Positions 30,697 to 41,065 are shown, counted from the first letter of the stretch. The stretch: DNA of 64,000 bases from an uncultured Collinsella sp. (GCA_902494535.1 CABUTO010000006.1:4237-68236), one strand, 5' to 3'. Notes: generated by a model not told the origin, from the letters alone. A program made the numbers and translations.

Positions 30697-32256
30697 TTAC
30701 TCCACCTCGCTCTGAGCGGTCTCGGTACCGAACACAGCGCGGTACATCGGCGTCGCGTGAAGTTCCTCGGTGCTCTGCTCGAGCACGATGCCGGTCGCGG
30801 TCTCCACACCGTGCACGAGAGGCAGCGGGGTGGCGATGCCAAACCACAAGATCATGACAGCCAGGATGATTTCGGGGATAAGCATGAGCGCCGGGGCCTC
30901 ATGCTTGCCCATACCCTGGGGTGCATGGCCGAATACCGACTTGAGTGCGATGCGGGTGAGCGCGGAGATGGCCACGGTAAGGCCGAGGGCGACCACGACG
31001 ACCAGCCACATGGGACCGGCGGTAACACCGGCGACAAAAGTCAGGAACTCGGAGATAAACATACCAAAGGGCGGGAAGGCACCAAGACCGAGCAGCGCCA
31101 GGACGGCGAGCGCGGCGGTTGCGGGAGCAACCTCGACGACACCCTGGATCTTAGCCAGGCTACGCGTGCCAAAGGCGTGCTGGATGTTGCCGGACACGCA
31201 GAAGGCAAGCGTCTTGGTAAAGCCGTGGAACACGCAGTGCAGCAGGGCCGCGGCGATACCCAGCGGTCCACCGATACCCAGGCACAGGGCGATAACGCCC
31301 ACGTTCTCCACAGACGAGTACGCAAAGCGGCGCTTGAGGTCGTCCTGGCGGAACATAGAAAGTGCCGCCACCAAAATGGACAGCGTGCCGACGATCAACA
31401 GCAAAAGCTGCGGATACTCGGCGCCCACGGCCTGGATGGTAAAGCCGTAGAAGCGCATGATCACAAGCATGGCGCACTTAAGCAGCACGCCCGAGAGCAG
31501 GGCCGAGACAGGGCTCGGGGCCTGGGAGTGGGCATCGGGCAGCCAAGTGTGCATGGGGAACAGGCCGGCCTTGGTGCCAAAGCCGATCACGATAAACGCA
31601 AAGGCAAGGCGCATGAGCGTCGGATCGAACTGGTCGGCATACGGCAGCACGCACGACAGGAACGCGGCCTCATGGGCGTTGGGAATCACGTCGGCGGCGT
31701 TGGCGTAGATGAGCAGCGTACCGAACAGGCCAAAGGCCACGCCGGCGGTGCAGACCATCGCATACTTCCAAGAAGCCTCGAGGGCCGTCTTGTTCTTGTA
31801 GATACCCACGAGGAACACGGTGGAAAGCGTGGTTGCCTCCACGGCGGCCCACGTGAGGATCATGTTGTTGGACAGGCACGCGAGCAGCATGGTGAACACA
31901 AACAGGCTAAACAGCGCAAAATACTGCTTGGCGCGCTCGGCGGGCATGGAGCCCTCCTCGATATCGGCCTTTACATAGGGCAGCGAGAACAGCCCCGTAA
32001 GAAAACCGATAAAGCCGATGAGCAGCACAAAGATGGCGCCCAGCGAATCGAGGTGGAACCACAGGCCAAAAGCGCTCGCGGTGTCGCCGCTCATAAGGAC
32101 GTCACCGGCCGTCATAATCGACAGCACCAGGACGGCTGCGACGGAGACCAGGTTGAGACCGGCAAACACGTTATAGGACGTGTTCTTGGGCAAAAACGCC
32201 ATGACGAGCGAGAACACCAAAGGAGTCGCGAGCAGGGCGAGAATCAACGTTTCCAT
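30697..32256 (-). CDS. hyfF: Hydrogenase-4 antiporter-like membrane subunit (NuoN/HyfF-like)
   Basis: 519-aa polytopic Mrp/Nuo antiporter-like protein. Position and size match HyfF. Confidence 0.75.
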   Translation of the reverse strand: METLILALLATPLVFSLVMAFLPKNTSYNVFAGLNLVSVAAVLVLSIMTAGDVLMSGDTASAFGLWFHLDSLGAIFVLLIGFIGFLTGLFSLPYVKADIEEGSMPAERAKQYFALFSLFVFTMLLACLSNNMILTWAAVEATTLSTVFLVGIYKNKTALEASWKYAMVCTAGVAFGLFGTLLIYANAADVIPNAHEAAFLSCVLPYADQFDPTLMRLAFAFIVIGFGTKAGLFPMHTWLPDAHSQAPSPVSALLSGVLLKCAMLVIMRFYGFTIQAVGAEYPQLLLLIVGTLSILVAALSMFRQDDLKRRFAYSSVENVGVIALCLGIGGPLGIAAALLHCVFHGFTKTLAFCVSGNIQHAFGTRSLAKIQGVVEVAPATAALAVLALLGLGAFPPFGMFISEFLTFVAGVTAGPMWLVVVVALGLTVAISALTRIALKSVFGHAPQGMGKHEAPALMLIPEIILAVMILWFGIATPLPLVHGVETATGIVLEQSTEELHATPMYRAVFGTETAQSEVE

Positions 32257-32259
32257 GGA

Positions 32260-32913
32260 CTACCCCCTCAGCTCGGACAGGTCGCGCGCATCGAGCGAGT
32301 GGGAGTCGTCCCAAATGCGACGCACGACGATGGACATGATGATGACGGCAAAGATGGCGTCGGTGGCGATACCGATCTCGATGATCTCGGGAGCGGTGGG
32401 GGCCAAAAGCGCGAGCGTCACATGGCCGCCGTTTTCCATAAGGCAGTATCCAAAGATCTGCTTCATGATGTTGCGCTGCGAGATGATGCAGGTGAGGCCC
32501 ACAAAGAAGTGAGCGAAGCTAATAGCGAGCGCAGGCGTTGCGACCTCGGCCGTGGGCAGGCTGATCTGCGTCACGACGGCAAAGCAGATAGCGACCTCCA
32601 CGGCGATGATGCAGATGGCCCACGCGGGCTTAAGGCCAGCCTTGAGCGATGCGTCGCTCGGCTCACCCATCTTCTTGTACGCACGGTTGAGGATATAAGG
32701 GACCAGGACGACCTTGGTGATAAAGGCAGATCCGGCCCACATAAGCAGCTCCTGCGCACCGGTAGTGGCACCGAGCGTAGCGAGCAGTCCCACGAGCACC
32801 AGCGACTGCACCGCATACCAGTTGATGGCATGTTTGATGTTTTTGGAGACGACCACCATGGTGGACGTGACGATCAGAAGGCCGCCAAGGATGTTGACGA
32901 TCGAATAACCCAT
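32260..32913 (-). CDS. hyfE: Hydrogenase-4 membrane subunit HyfE-like
   Basis: 217-aa hydrophobic protein. Position and size match HyfE. Confidence 0.7.
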   Translation of the reverse strand: MGYSIVNILGGLLIVTSTMVVVSKNIKHAINWYAVQSLVLVGLLATLGATTGAQELLMWAGSAFITKVVLVPYILNRAYKKMGEPSDASLKAGLKPAWAICIIAVEVAICFAVVTQISLPTAEVATPALAISFAHFFVGLTCIISQRNIMKQIFGYCLMENGGHVTLALLAPTAPEIIEIGIATDAIFAVIIMSIVVRRIWDDSHSLDARDLSELRG

Positions 32914-32926
32914 GTCGTTCTACCTC

Positions 32927-34384
32927 CTAACCGATCCAGCTGGCCGAAAGCGGGCCGCTGACGATGACCATGATGATGAGCACGATGAACACGAACGCCA
33001 TCGCGCGGGGAAGCGGGGCACCCGCAGCGACCTCTTCGCTCGGCTCGCCGGGCAGGCAATAGCCCATCCACTTGAGGAACCAGGCAAAGGTGGCGACGGT
33101 CTCGGCGACCATGATGCACACGAGCACCAGAATCGCGACGTTGCCGGCACCCACAGAAAAGCCGCCGGCGATGATCTGGAACTTCGAGAAGAACGTGTTC
33201 ATGGGCGGCACGCCGGCAATGGCGAGCGCCGCGACACCAAAGCCCACGCCCGAGATCGGGTACTTCTTTACGATGCCGCGAAGCTTGGGCAGCATACGCG
33301 TGCCGAGCGTAAAGGAGAACGAACCGGCGATCAGGAAGAACAGGGTCTTGGCGAAAGCGTGGTTAAAGATGTGGCACACGGCGCCATCAAAAGCCAGCTG
33401 GCTGCCAAAGACCGAAAGGCCCAGACCAAAGAACACATAGGAGAGCTGGGCGATCGTGGAGAAGGCCAGCAGGCGCTTCATGTCCTTTTGCGGCAGGTAC
33501 ATAAGGAAACCAAAGAGCATGGTGACCATGGCGTCGATAATGGCGACCCAGCCCACGATCTCGGGAATCTCGCCGGCAGAGACGAGTGCGCGCGCGAACA
33601 CGCACACGCCGACCTTGACCATCGAGGCACCATGCAGGTAGGCCGAAACAGGCGTCGGCGCTTCCATGGCCGAAGGCAGCCACATGTACATGGGGACCTG
33701 TGCGGACTTGGCCCAGGCCGCAAACAGCACGAGCAAAAGGACGATAGCCTTGAGCTTGGTGTCGAGGCCGGCAATCGCGGTGATGGCGAAGGTGCCGGTG
33801 TGGGCAAACACGATGGCGGCGCCCAGATACAGGCCGAGCGCACCGATATGCGTGATGATCAGGGCCTTCATGCCGGCCTTCTTGGCCGTAGGCGTCATGT
33901 AGTAGCTAATGAGGCCCCAAGAGCACGCACCCGTGATCTCAAAGAACACGAGCTGGCCCAAAAGGGTCGAGCTGTACACAAGGCCGGCCATGGCGCCGAT
34001 AAAGGTCGCGAGGTACGCGTAGAAGCGACGACGCGGTGCGTCGGGATGCTCACGGTTATTCTCGCTCATATAGGGAATCGAATAGATCACGACAAGCAGG
34101 CCGATACCCACAAAGGCGGGCGCGAGCAGCGTGCTCATGCGATCGAAGGTGAATCCCATAACGAGGGTCTGCCCAAACGAGATCAGGGGGACCTGCGTGT
34201 CGGGCATGCCGGCGCCAGCGAAATTCGCGGCGAGGGCAATGGTGCAGACCGTAGAGACGGCAGCACCCAAAACGCTGAACCACTTGGCGTACGGACGGGG
34301 GAACAGGGCGACGAGCACCGAGGCCACCATCGGGGCCGCGATAGCGACCAAGCCGAGAAGGGACAGACTGACTGCAAATGACAT
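32927..34384 (-). CDS. hyfD: Hydrogenase-4 antiporter-like membrane subunit (NuoM/HyfD-like)
   Basis: 485-aa antiporter-like protein. Position and size match HyfD. Confidence 0.75.
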   Translation of the reverse strand: MSFAVSLSLLGLVAIAAPMVASVLVALFPRPYAKWFSVLGAAVSTVCTIALAANFAGAGMPDTQVPLISFGQTLVMGFTFDRMSTLLAPAFVGIGLLVVIYSIPYMSENNREHPDAPRRRFYAYLATFIGAMAGLVYSSTLLGQLVFFEITGACSWGLISYYMTPTAKKAGMKALIITHIGALGLYLGAAIVFAHTGTFAITAIAGLDTKLKAIVLLLVLFAAWAKSAQVPMYMWLPSAMEAPTPVSAYLHGASMVKVGVCVFARALVSAGEIPEIVGWVAIIDAMVTMLFGFLMYLPQKDMKRLLAFSTIAQLSYVFFGLGLSVFGSQLAFDGAVCHIFNHAFAKTLFFLIAGSFSFTLGTRMLPKLRGIVKKYPISGVGFGVAALAIAGVPPMNTFFSKFQIIAGGFSVGAGNVAILVLVCIMVAETVATFAWFLKWMGYCLPGEPSEEVAAGAPLPRAMAFVFIVLIIMVIVSGPLSASWIG

Positions 34385-34399
34385 TGTTTCTCCCTTCTC

Positions 34400-35326
34400 C
34401 TACACGCCGACGACCACGAAGACAAACGCCAGAACGGCGATGCCCACGACGGCCCAGGTCTGATTGCCAAGCACCTTAAAACGCGAACGCGAGCAGGAGT
34501 TCTCGATCACGCCGCACACGACAAAGTCGATCAGGCACTTCACCAGGAAGATGACTGCGCCCAGAACGGCGGCGGCGCCCACGGTCGCGGGCTCGCCCCA
34601 GGGGACGAAGATCGCGCAGAACCAGGCGACGACCAGGACCTGCTTCATGGACATGGCGAGCTTGGCCATCGCAAGCGACGGGCCGGAAAGCTCGGCGAGC
34701 GGTCCTTCCTGAAGCTCTTGCTCGGCCTCGGCCTGATCAAACGGCAGCTTGCCGAGTTCCATGTAGCAGGCAATCGCAAAGGCGATGCCGGCGAGGATCA
34801 CGGCGACCGGCGCGTCGACGGCGCCCGTCATGATGTGCTGACCCATGGTGGCGATGTCGGTGGAGCCGCACACCAGGGCGGCGGCAAACAGCGCCAGTAG
34901 CATGGACGGCTCGATGAGCACGCTCATGAGCAGCTCGCGGACGCCGCCGATACCGGCGTAGGCGTTGGACGAATCCACACCGCAGAGGGCGAAGAAGAAG
35001 CGGGCGAGCGCCAGGCTGTACATGATGGTGATGGCGTCACCAAAGACCGGGATGGGGCTTTGTGCCGTAAAGAGCGGCAGGCCCATCGCGAGCATAAAGG
35101 CGACGGCGAAGAACAGCGGCGGCATAATGCGCAGCGCAAAGCTCGCGTCCTCGCACTGGGACTCGGGGCGCGCAAAGAGCTTGGCCAGGTCGCGGTAGTC
35201 CTGCATGATGCTGGGGCCGCGACGGTTGTGCATCTTGGCGCGGATCACGCGGCCGAGACCGGAGAAGAACGGCGCGACGGCCATAACGACCACGCCTTGC
35301 AGAACGGCAAGTACGATGTTGTTCAT
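34400..35326 (-). CDS. hyfC: Formate hydrogenlyase membrane subunit (NuoH/HycD/HyfC-like)
   Basis: 308-aa NuoH-like membrane protein in the conserved operon position. Confidence 0.85.
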   Translation of the reverse strand: MNNIVLAVLQGVVVMAVAPFFSGLGRVIRAKMHNRRGPSIMQDYRDLAKLFARPESQCEDASFALRIMPPLFFAVAFMLAMGLPLFTAQSPIPVFGDAITIMYSLALARFFFALCGVDSSNAYAGIGGVRELLMSVLIEPSMLLALFAAALVCGSTDIATMGQHIMTGAVDAPVAVILAGIAFAIACYMELGKLPFDQAEAEQELQEGPLAELSGPSLAMAKLAMSMKQVLVVAWFCAIFVPWGEPATVGAAAVLGAVIFLVKCLIDFVVCGVIENSCSRSRFKVLGNQTWAVVGIAVLAFVFVVVGV

Positions 35327-35338
35327 GCTCTCCCCTCC

Positions 35339-37357
35339 TTAACCCATTTGCACGGCGAGCACGAGGAACACCACGAGTGCCGCGACGATGTAGCAGATAT
35401 AGATGCTGTAGTTGCCGCCTTCGAGCTTAGTCGCGAGGTCGGCGAGCTTCTCGACACCCTTATGCGGGGCATCGACGAGAACCTTGTCGGGTACGGGCTC
35501 CACAGCCTCGGCAACACCGGTGAGCTTCTGGAAAAAGTGCGCGATGGACCAGCAGACGTCCGTGCAGCGGTCGCGCAGCGTGTAGAGCGGCTGCATAAAC
35601 CAGGACACCTCGGAGGCAAAGGTCGTGGCCACGACGGGCATATGCTCGTTGGGAGCATAACCGCATGCCCACGGCTGGGACTTCTGCACCTTGCCGACGG
35701 TCTTGAGCTTGCGATAACCGCAGGCAAGACCGACGAGCACCACGAGCGCAATGGCGATCGCGGGCGTGGAGGTGGCAGCGCCGGAGTACTGGTTCATGAG
35801 CTCCATGCCCTCGGCGGCAAACACGCCACCGTACGGATGCAGCACAGACGCGGCGACATCGACCAGCACGGGCGCGAGCACGGGAGCGCCAATGCCCAGC
35901 ACGACGCAGATGGCCGCGAGCAGGCCCTGCGCAAACACCATGGGGGCGGGAACCTCCTTGGCATTAGCCGCGGCCTCGGAGCGGGGCGCGGAGGCAAAGG
36001 AGACGCCATAGGCCTTGACGAAGCACGTGACGGCCAGTGCGCCGGTAATGGCAAGCGCGACGGCAGCGAACACGGCCACGATCATGACGGCCTTGTCACC
36101 CTGCATAGCGGCATTAAACAGCGACTGGTAGGTAAACCACTCGGACACAAAGCCGTTGAAGGGCGGGATGGCCGAGATGGCAAGCGCGCCAATGAGGAAG
36201 CAGATGGCCGTTGCCGGCATACGACGGAACAGGCCGCCCATCTTCTCCATATTGCGCGTACCCGTGGAGTACAGCAGCGCACCGGCGCCCAAGAACAGCT
36301 CGCCCTTAAACATCGCGTGGTTAAACGTGTGGTAGAGGGCGGCCATCAGAGCCAGGACGGCGATGCCGACAGAGTTGAGCGCCATGGCGGCCATGGAAGC
36401 GCCGACGCCGAGCAGAATGATGCCGATGTTCTCGACAGAGTGATAGGCCAGCAGGCGCTTGATGTCATGCTCCTGCAGGGCGAAGGCCACGCCGAGGACC
36501 GACGAGATCGCACCGAAGACCATGACCATAAGGCCCCACCAGACCTGAACGCCCGAGGCGGAGAGCAGGTCGAGACCAACCTTGAGGATGCCGAAGATAC
36601 CGATCTTGATCATGCCGCCGGACATGAGGGCAGACACGTTGGACGGCGCCTCGGGATGTGCCTTGGGCAGCCAGCCGTGCAGCGGGATGATACCGGCCTT
36701 GGCGCCAAAGCCAAAGAAGGCGAGCACGAAGCACACGGATGCGACCGCGGGGCTAAACTGCGTGGCGCGGAAATCCGCAAAGGCAAACGAGCCACCGGCG
36801 AAGTTGGTCATGGTGAGGAAGCTCGCCATGATGAGCACAAAGCCCACATGCGCGATCACAAAGTAGAGCCAACCGCCGTGGATGGAGTTCTCGTTCTCCT
36901 CGATCACGACCAGGAAGTACGAGGTCAGCGACATGAGCTCAAAGGCGACCAGGAACCAAAACACGTTATCGGCGGTGATGACGAGCATCATGGACGCCAC
37001 GAAGGTGTTAAAGAAGAAGCCGGCGCGGCCCTTTTTGCCCGGGTACTCATCAAAGTAGTTGAGACCGTAGATCGAACCGGCAAACGCGAGCACCGAGATG
37101 AGCGCCACGAACAGACCGGACAGCTGATTGAGCAGCAGCTGGAAATGGGCAAACGGGAAGAACACGATGGTGTCGACCGACGTGACATCGCCCAGCACGG
37201 CCTGGATACCAGCCACAAACGAAAGCACCGCGGCGACGGCGCCGATAAGGCAGCCGGCGGTCTTGGCGGCGTTATCGGCCTTGATCAGCAGAACCGAGGC
37301 GAGCGCACCGATGCACGAGACGGCAAGCGATGCGATAAACAGCGTCATGCTATCCAT
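35339..37357 (-). CDS. hyfB: Hydrogenase-4 component B (NuoL-like antiporter subunit)
   Basis: 672-aa ND5/NuoL-like protein. Overlaps the hyfA stop by 8 nt. Confidence 0.85.
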   Translation of the reverse strand: MDSMTLFIASLAVSCIGALASVLLIKADNAAKTAGCLIGAVAAVLSFVAGIQAVLGDVTSVDTIVFFPFAHFQLLLNQLSGLFVALISVLAFAGSIYGLNYFDEYPGKKGRAGFFFNTFVASMMLVITADNVFWFLVAFELMSLTSYFLVVIEENENSIHGGWLYFVIAHVGFVLIMASFLTMTNFAGGSFAFADFRATQFSPAVASVCFVLAFFGFGAKAGIIPLHGWLPKAHPEAPSNVSALMSGGMIKIGIFGILKVGLDLLSASGVQVWWGLMVMVFGAISSVLGVAFALQEHDIKRLLAYHSVENIGIILLGVGASMAAMALNSVGIAVLALMAALYHTFNHAMFKGELFLGAGALLYSTGTRNMEKMGGLFRRMPATAICFLIGALAISAIPPFNGFVSEWFTYQSLFNAAMQGDKAVMIVAVFAAVALAITGALAVTCFVKAYGVSFASAPRSEAAANAKEVPAPMVFAQGLLAAICVVLGIGAPVLAPVLVDVAASVLHPYGGVFAAEGMELMNQYSGAATSTPAIAIALVVLVGLACGYRKLKTVGKVQKSQPWACGYAPNEHMPVVATTFASEVSWFMQPLYTLRDRCTDVCWSIAHFFQKLTGVAEAVEPVPDKVLVDAPHKGVEKLADLATKLEGGNYSIYICYIVAALVVFLVLAVQMG

Positions 37358-37967
37358 TGTTTACGCTCCCTTCTGCTTTCTCGGACAGACCCTGGGCCAC
37401 AGCGGTAACGTCGACGGACGGACCGTTTTCGATCGAGCGCAGGCGCTTGGCCTCGTCGAGTTCGCGATCGGCCGCGCCGCCCATGACGGTCAGCGCCTTG
37501 GTGGGGCACGCCGCCACACAATGCGGGCCGTCCGGATCGAAGGCGCACAGGTCGCACTTGACAGCGCAGGTGTACTGGCCGGGAGCCCACGTAAGCAGGC
37601 TGCTCAGGGACTTAGGATACGAAGGCGTCGGGTCGCACATGCCTGCGACACCGGCGATAGACGTGCCATCGGGATGGATGGCTCCGAAGGGGCACGCGAT
37701 GGCGCACAGCCTGCACCCGATGCACTCCTGCTCCTTGACGTGGATGCGATCGCCATCGTGCTCGATGGCATTCACCGGGCAAACCTCGGCGCAGGGGGCA
37801 CCCTCGCAATGGTGGCAGGCAAGGGCGGCCGAAATACCGCCGGTCTTCACGAGCGCCAGACGCGGCGTATCCTGAAGACCCTGCATCCGGTGGGCGTCGG
37901 CACAGGCGGACTGGCATGTTCCGCAGCCGATGCACCTCTCCGGGTTGATGTCGATGAAGCGGTTCAT
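37350..37967 (-). CDS. hyfA: 4x[4Fe-4S] ferredoxin-type electron transfer subunit (HycB/HyfA-like)
   Basis: CIGCGTCQSAC, CHHCEGAPCAEVCP and CIGCRLCAIACP motifs. The ATG at 37967 (AGGAAG RBS) is preferred over the GTG at 37973. Confidence 0.88.
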   Translation of the reverse strand: MNRFIDINPERCIGCGTCQSACADAHRMQGLQDTPRLALVKTGGISAALACHHCEGAPCAEVCPVNAIEHDGDRIHVKEQECIGCRLCAIACPFGAIHPDGTSIAGVAGMCDPTPSYPKSLSSLLTWAPGQYTCAVKCDLCAFDPDGPHCVAACPTKALTVMGGAADRELDEAKRLRSIENGPSVDVTAVAQGLSEKAEGSVNNG

Positions 37968-38045
37968 CCCCACTTCCTTTCAAAATAACGGGCCGGGCTC
38001 CCGAACGTACGGGACGCCCGGCCCAAAAAGCCAACGAGAACGGGA

Positions 38046-40268
38046 CTACACGATTTGATTCACGTGCGTCTCGTCGTCGAACTTGGCGGCGCCGGGCTCA
38101 ACGTCCTGAGGAGCGGCGGCGTCCACCAGAGCCTGCTTGAGCTCGGTGTACTGACGCTCGACCTCGCCCTCAGCCCAGACCTGGTCGGCGATAGCGTCGA
38201 CCTGGCAGGCGGAGAACTTGTCCTCGGGCGTATGCGAGACCGGGTCGACCTTGTGAATGGTCAGCTCGTTGCACTTGCCAATCCACCACTGGTAGGTCAT
38301 ATAGACCGTGCCCTTGTTGATACGGTCGCTCACGTCGGCGCGGCTGTATACCTGGCCGCGGCGGCTGTGGATCGAGACGATGTCGCCGTTCTTGATGCCG
38401 CGCGCCTGGGCGTCCGTGGGATTCATGCGGACAAAGCCGGGCTCGTCGGCGAGCAGCGCCAACGTCTTGCAGTTGCCGGTCATCGAGCGGCAGCTGTAGT
38501 GGCCGACCTCGCGGACGGTGCACAGGATGAGCGGGTACTCATCGTCGGGAAGCTCGGAGGGCGCCTCCCAGTCGTGCGCCATCAGGTTGGCGCGGCCGTC
38601 CTTGGTGGTGAACTTGCCACCGGCGAACATGTCGGCCGTGCCGTGGTCGTTCACATCGGTGCTCTTGACGGGCCACTGGGCGTAACCGCCCTCGGGAGCC
38701 ATCTTCTCGTAGGTCGCGCCCACAAAGTTGGGGCACAGGCTAATGCACTCGTTCCAGATCTGCTCGGTGTTGTCGTAGTGCATGGGGTAGCCCATGCGCG
38801 TAGACAGGTCCGCGAAGATCTCCCAGTCGTGACGGCACTCGCCCTTGGGCGGAACGGCCGCGTCAAAGTGCTGGAAGCTACGGTCGGATGCGGTAAAGAC
38901 ACCCTCGTGCTCGCCCCAAGAGGTAGCGGGCAGGATGACGTCGGCGAGCATGGTCGTCTGCGTCATAAAGATGTCCTGGCAAATGAACAGATCCAGCTCG
39001 GAGAGCGTCTTGCGCATACCGGCCGAATCGGGCTCGGTCTGCACCGGGTCCTCGCCGTAGTTGTAGAAGCAGTGCACCTTGCCCTCGTCGACCAGGTGGC
39101 CCAGGTCGGTGAGCTTGTAGCCCTCCTCGAGCGGGAGCTTTTCCTCGGGCACGCCCCAAGCCTTGGCAAACTTGGCACGCACTGCCGGGTCGGTGACCTT
39201 CTGGTAGCCAGGGTACAGGTTGGGCAGCATGCCCATATCGCAGGAGCCCTGGACGTTATTCTGGCCACGCACGGGCGCGAGGCCGGAATTGGGTTTGCCG
39301 ATCTGGCCGGCAACGCAGGCGATGGAGGCGATGGTGTGCACCGTCTTCAGGTTCTGCTTCTGCTGGCATACGCCCATACCCCAGCCAATGATGGCAGAGG
39401 GCTTCGCCGTGGCGTACATCTCGGCAGCTTGGTGGATCAACGCGGGCTCAACACCCGTGATGTCCTGTACGGATTCGGGAGTGTAGTTCTTGATGGTCTC
39501 CCACCACTCGTCAAAGCCGTTCGTGTGCTCGGCGACGAATTCCTTGTCGTAGAGGCCATCGTTGACCAGACAGTTGGCAAAGGCGTTGAGGAACGCAACA
39601 TTGCAACCGTTCTTGATCGGAAGGTAGAGATCGGCGATACGCGCGGTTTCGATATGGCGCGGGTCGGCGACGATGATCTTGCAACCCTTTTCTTTGGCTC
39701 GCACGATACGCCTTGCGACGATGGGGTGCGAATCGGCAGGGTTATAGCCGAAGAGGAAAATGCAGCCCGCATCCTCCATACCGGGGATGGAGCATGACAT
39801 GCAACCTGAACCAACCGTGTCCATCAGACCGAGGACAGTAGGGCCGTGTCAAGTACGGGCGCAGTTGTCCACGCTGTGGGTGCCGATGCACGCACGCGTA
39901 AACTTCTGCATGACGTAGTTCGCCTCATTGCCGCCGCCTCGCGAAGAGCCGGTGGTCATGACAGCGTTAGGACCATATTCGTCAATTATGGCCTGCATCT
40001 TAGATGCGGTGAAATCCAGTGCCTCGTCCCAGCTTACTCGCTCAAGATCCGCGCCCTTGGTGCGGCGGATCATCGGGTGCAGTACGCGAGGAGTCAAGAT
40101 CTTGGTGTCGTTGATGAAGTCGTAGCCGCTCATGCCCTTAAGGCACAGCTCGCTCTGGTTGGTGATGCCGTTGAGCGGCTCGGTACCCACGACCTGGCCG
40201 TTTTGGACCAAGAGGTTAAACTGGCAACCGGCGCCGCAGTACGGGCAGATCACTTTATGCTTCTCCAT
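38046..40268 (-). CDS. fdhF: Formate dehydrogenase H, selenocysteine-containing (UGA at 39849..39851)
   Basis: ORFs 39849..40319 and 38046..39824 are in the same frame, joined by ...SVDNCART-U-HGPTVLGLMDTVGSG, the FdhH active-site context (CARVUHGP in E. coli). N-terminal 4Fe-4S CPYCGAGC. Start at the ATG at 40268, with a GGAAGGAGGG RBS. Confidence 0.93.
39805..39851 (-). promoter_or_regulatory. Candidate bacterial SECIS element of fdhF
   Basis: After the UGA: CACGGCCCUACUGUCC-UCGGUCUGAU-GGACACGG. A 5-6 bp stem, with an apical loop containing GGUC as in the E. coli fdhF SECIS. Confidence 0.55.
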
Positions 40269-40342
40269 GACACCCTCCTTCCTTTCTCTGCTACCGAATG
40301 CTCGGTACTTATTTGACAATCATTGGGCCTGTCGTCCGACGC

Positions 40343-40861
40343 TTACGCCTCGTTTTCGATGGTGGCGCGGGCACGCTCGGCAGTCAGTTCTGCCAGACGC
40401 TCCTCGTCCACCAGGGTGAGGCCCTTGGTCGGGCACGCCTCGGCACACGCCGGACCGCCGGGACGGTCCACGCACAGGTCGCACTTGAGCACGAAGCTCT
40501 TGGTCTGCGAACCCACGCGAACGTCGCCCATCAAGACCGGAACCTGCGTGGTCGCCACGCTCACGGCGCCAAAGGGGCATGCCATGACGCAGCTCTTGCA
40601 GCCGATGCAGTTGTCCTCGTTGACGCCGATGCGATGGTTCTTTGGATCAAAGAACAAGGCGCCCGTAGGACAGGCCTTCGCACACGGAGCGTCCTCGCAG
40701 TGGTGACATGCCACCGGCGCGGAGATCTCGTAGGTGCGCGTTACGCGCAAGCGAGGTGCGGCGATGTTGCCGGGAATATCGTGTGCCTCGATGCACGCCG
40801 CCATACAGGTTTGGCACCCAATGCAGCGTGAAGAATCAGCCACGACTCGTTTATTGCCCAT
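40343..40861 (-). CDS. hydN: HydN-like 4Fe-4S ferredoxin-type protein (FDH-H associated electron transfer)
   Basis: Four ferredoxin Cys clusters (CIGCQTCMAAC, CHHCEDAPCAKACP, CIGCKSCVMACP, CDLC...C). Start trimmed to MGNKRVV (ATG at 40861, GGAGGGAG RBS). Confidence 0.8.
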   Translation of the reverse strand: MGNKRVVADSSRCIGCQTCMAACIEAHDIPGNIAAPRLRVTRTYEISAPVACHHCEDAPCAKACPTGALFFDPKNHRIGVNEDNCIGCKSCVMACPFGAVSVATTQVPVLMGDVRVGSQTKSFVLKCDLCVDRPGGPACAEACPTKGLTLVDEERLAELTAERARATIENEA

Positions 40862-41013
40862 GTTGTTCACTCCCTCCTGAATCCCATGCCGGAGAGACCC
40901 TGCCGACGTTGCCCCGGACCGCCCGTGGTCCGGCATCGGCGTATCGAGTGCATGCGGCGAAACAGGCACTTCGATAGAATTCCTCCAACGATATACAGGT
41001 TAAATATACGCAG

Positions 41014-41065
41014 TTGCAGGGGGCAAACTTGAGCATAGGCCCTGCAATACGGGTGTATTGCAGGG
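41014..41065. promoter_or_regulatory. Three TTGCAGGG(G) motifs, including a perfect 11-bp-arm palindrome
   Basis: TTGCAGGGGG at 41014..41023, then CCCTGCAATAC-GGGT-GTATTGCAGGG at 41040..41065, followed by GTTTT. Sits in AT-rich DNA between the FHL operon start and the TA module. Confidence 0.4.

Noticed and set aside
28318-32961. Very long plus-strand ORFs (1547 aa here; also 5879..8884 at 1001 aa, 35060..37408 at 782 aa, 12757..14814, 51200..53029 and others)
   Set aside because: They lie antisense to well-supported minus-strand genes (hyf, valS, xdh, mod). They have Arg/Gly/His/Asp/Ala-rich low-complexity composition with no recognisable motifs. Such shadow ORFs are typical of high-GC DNA.
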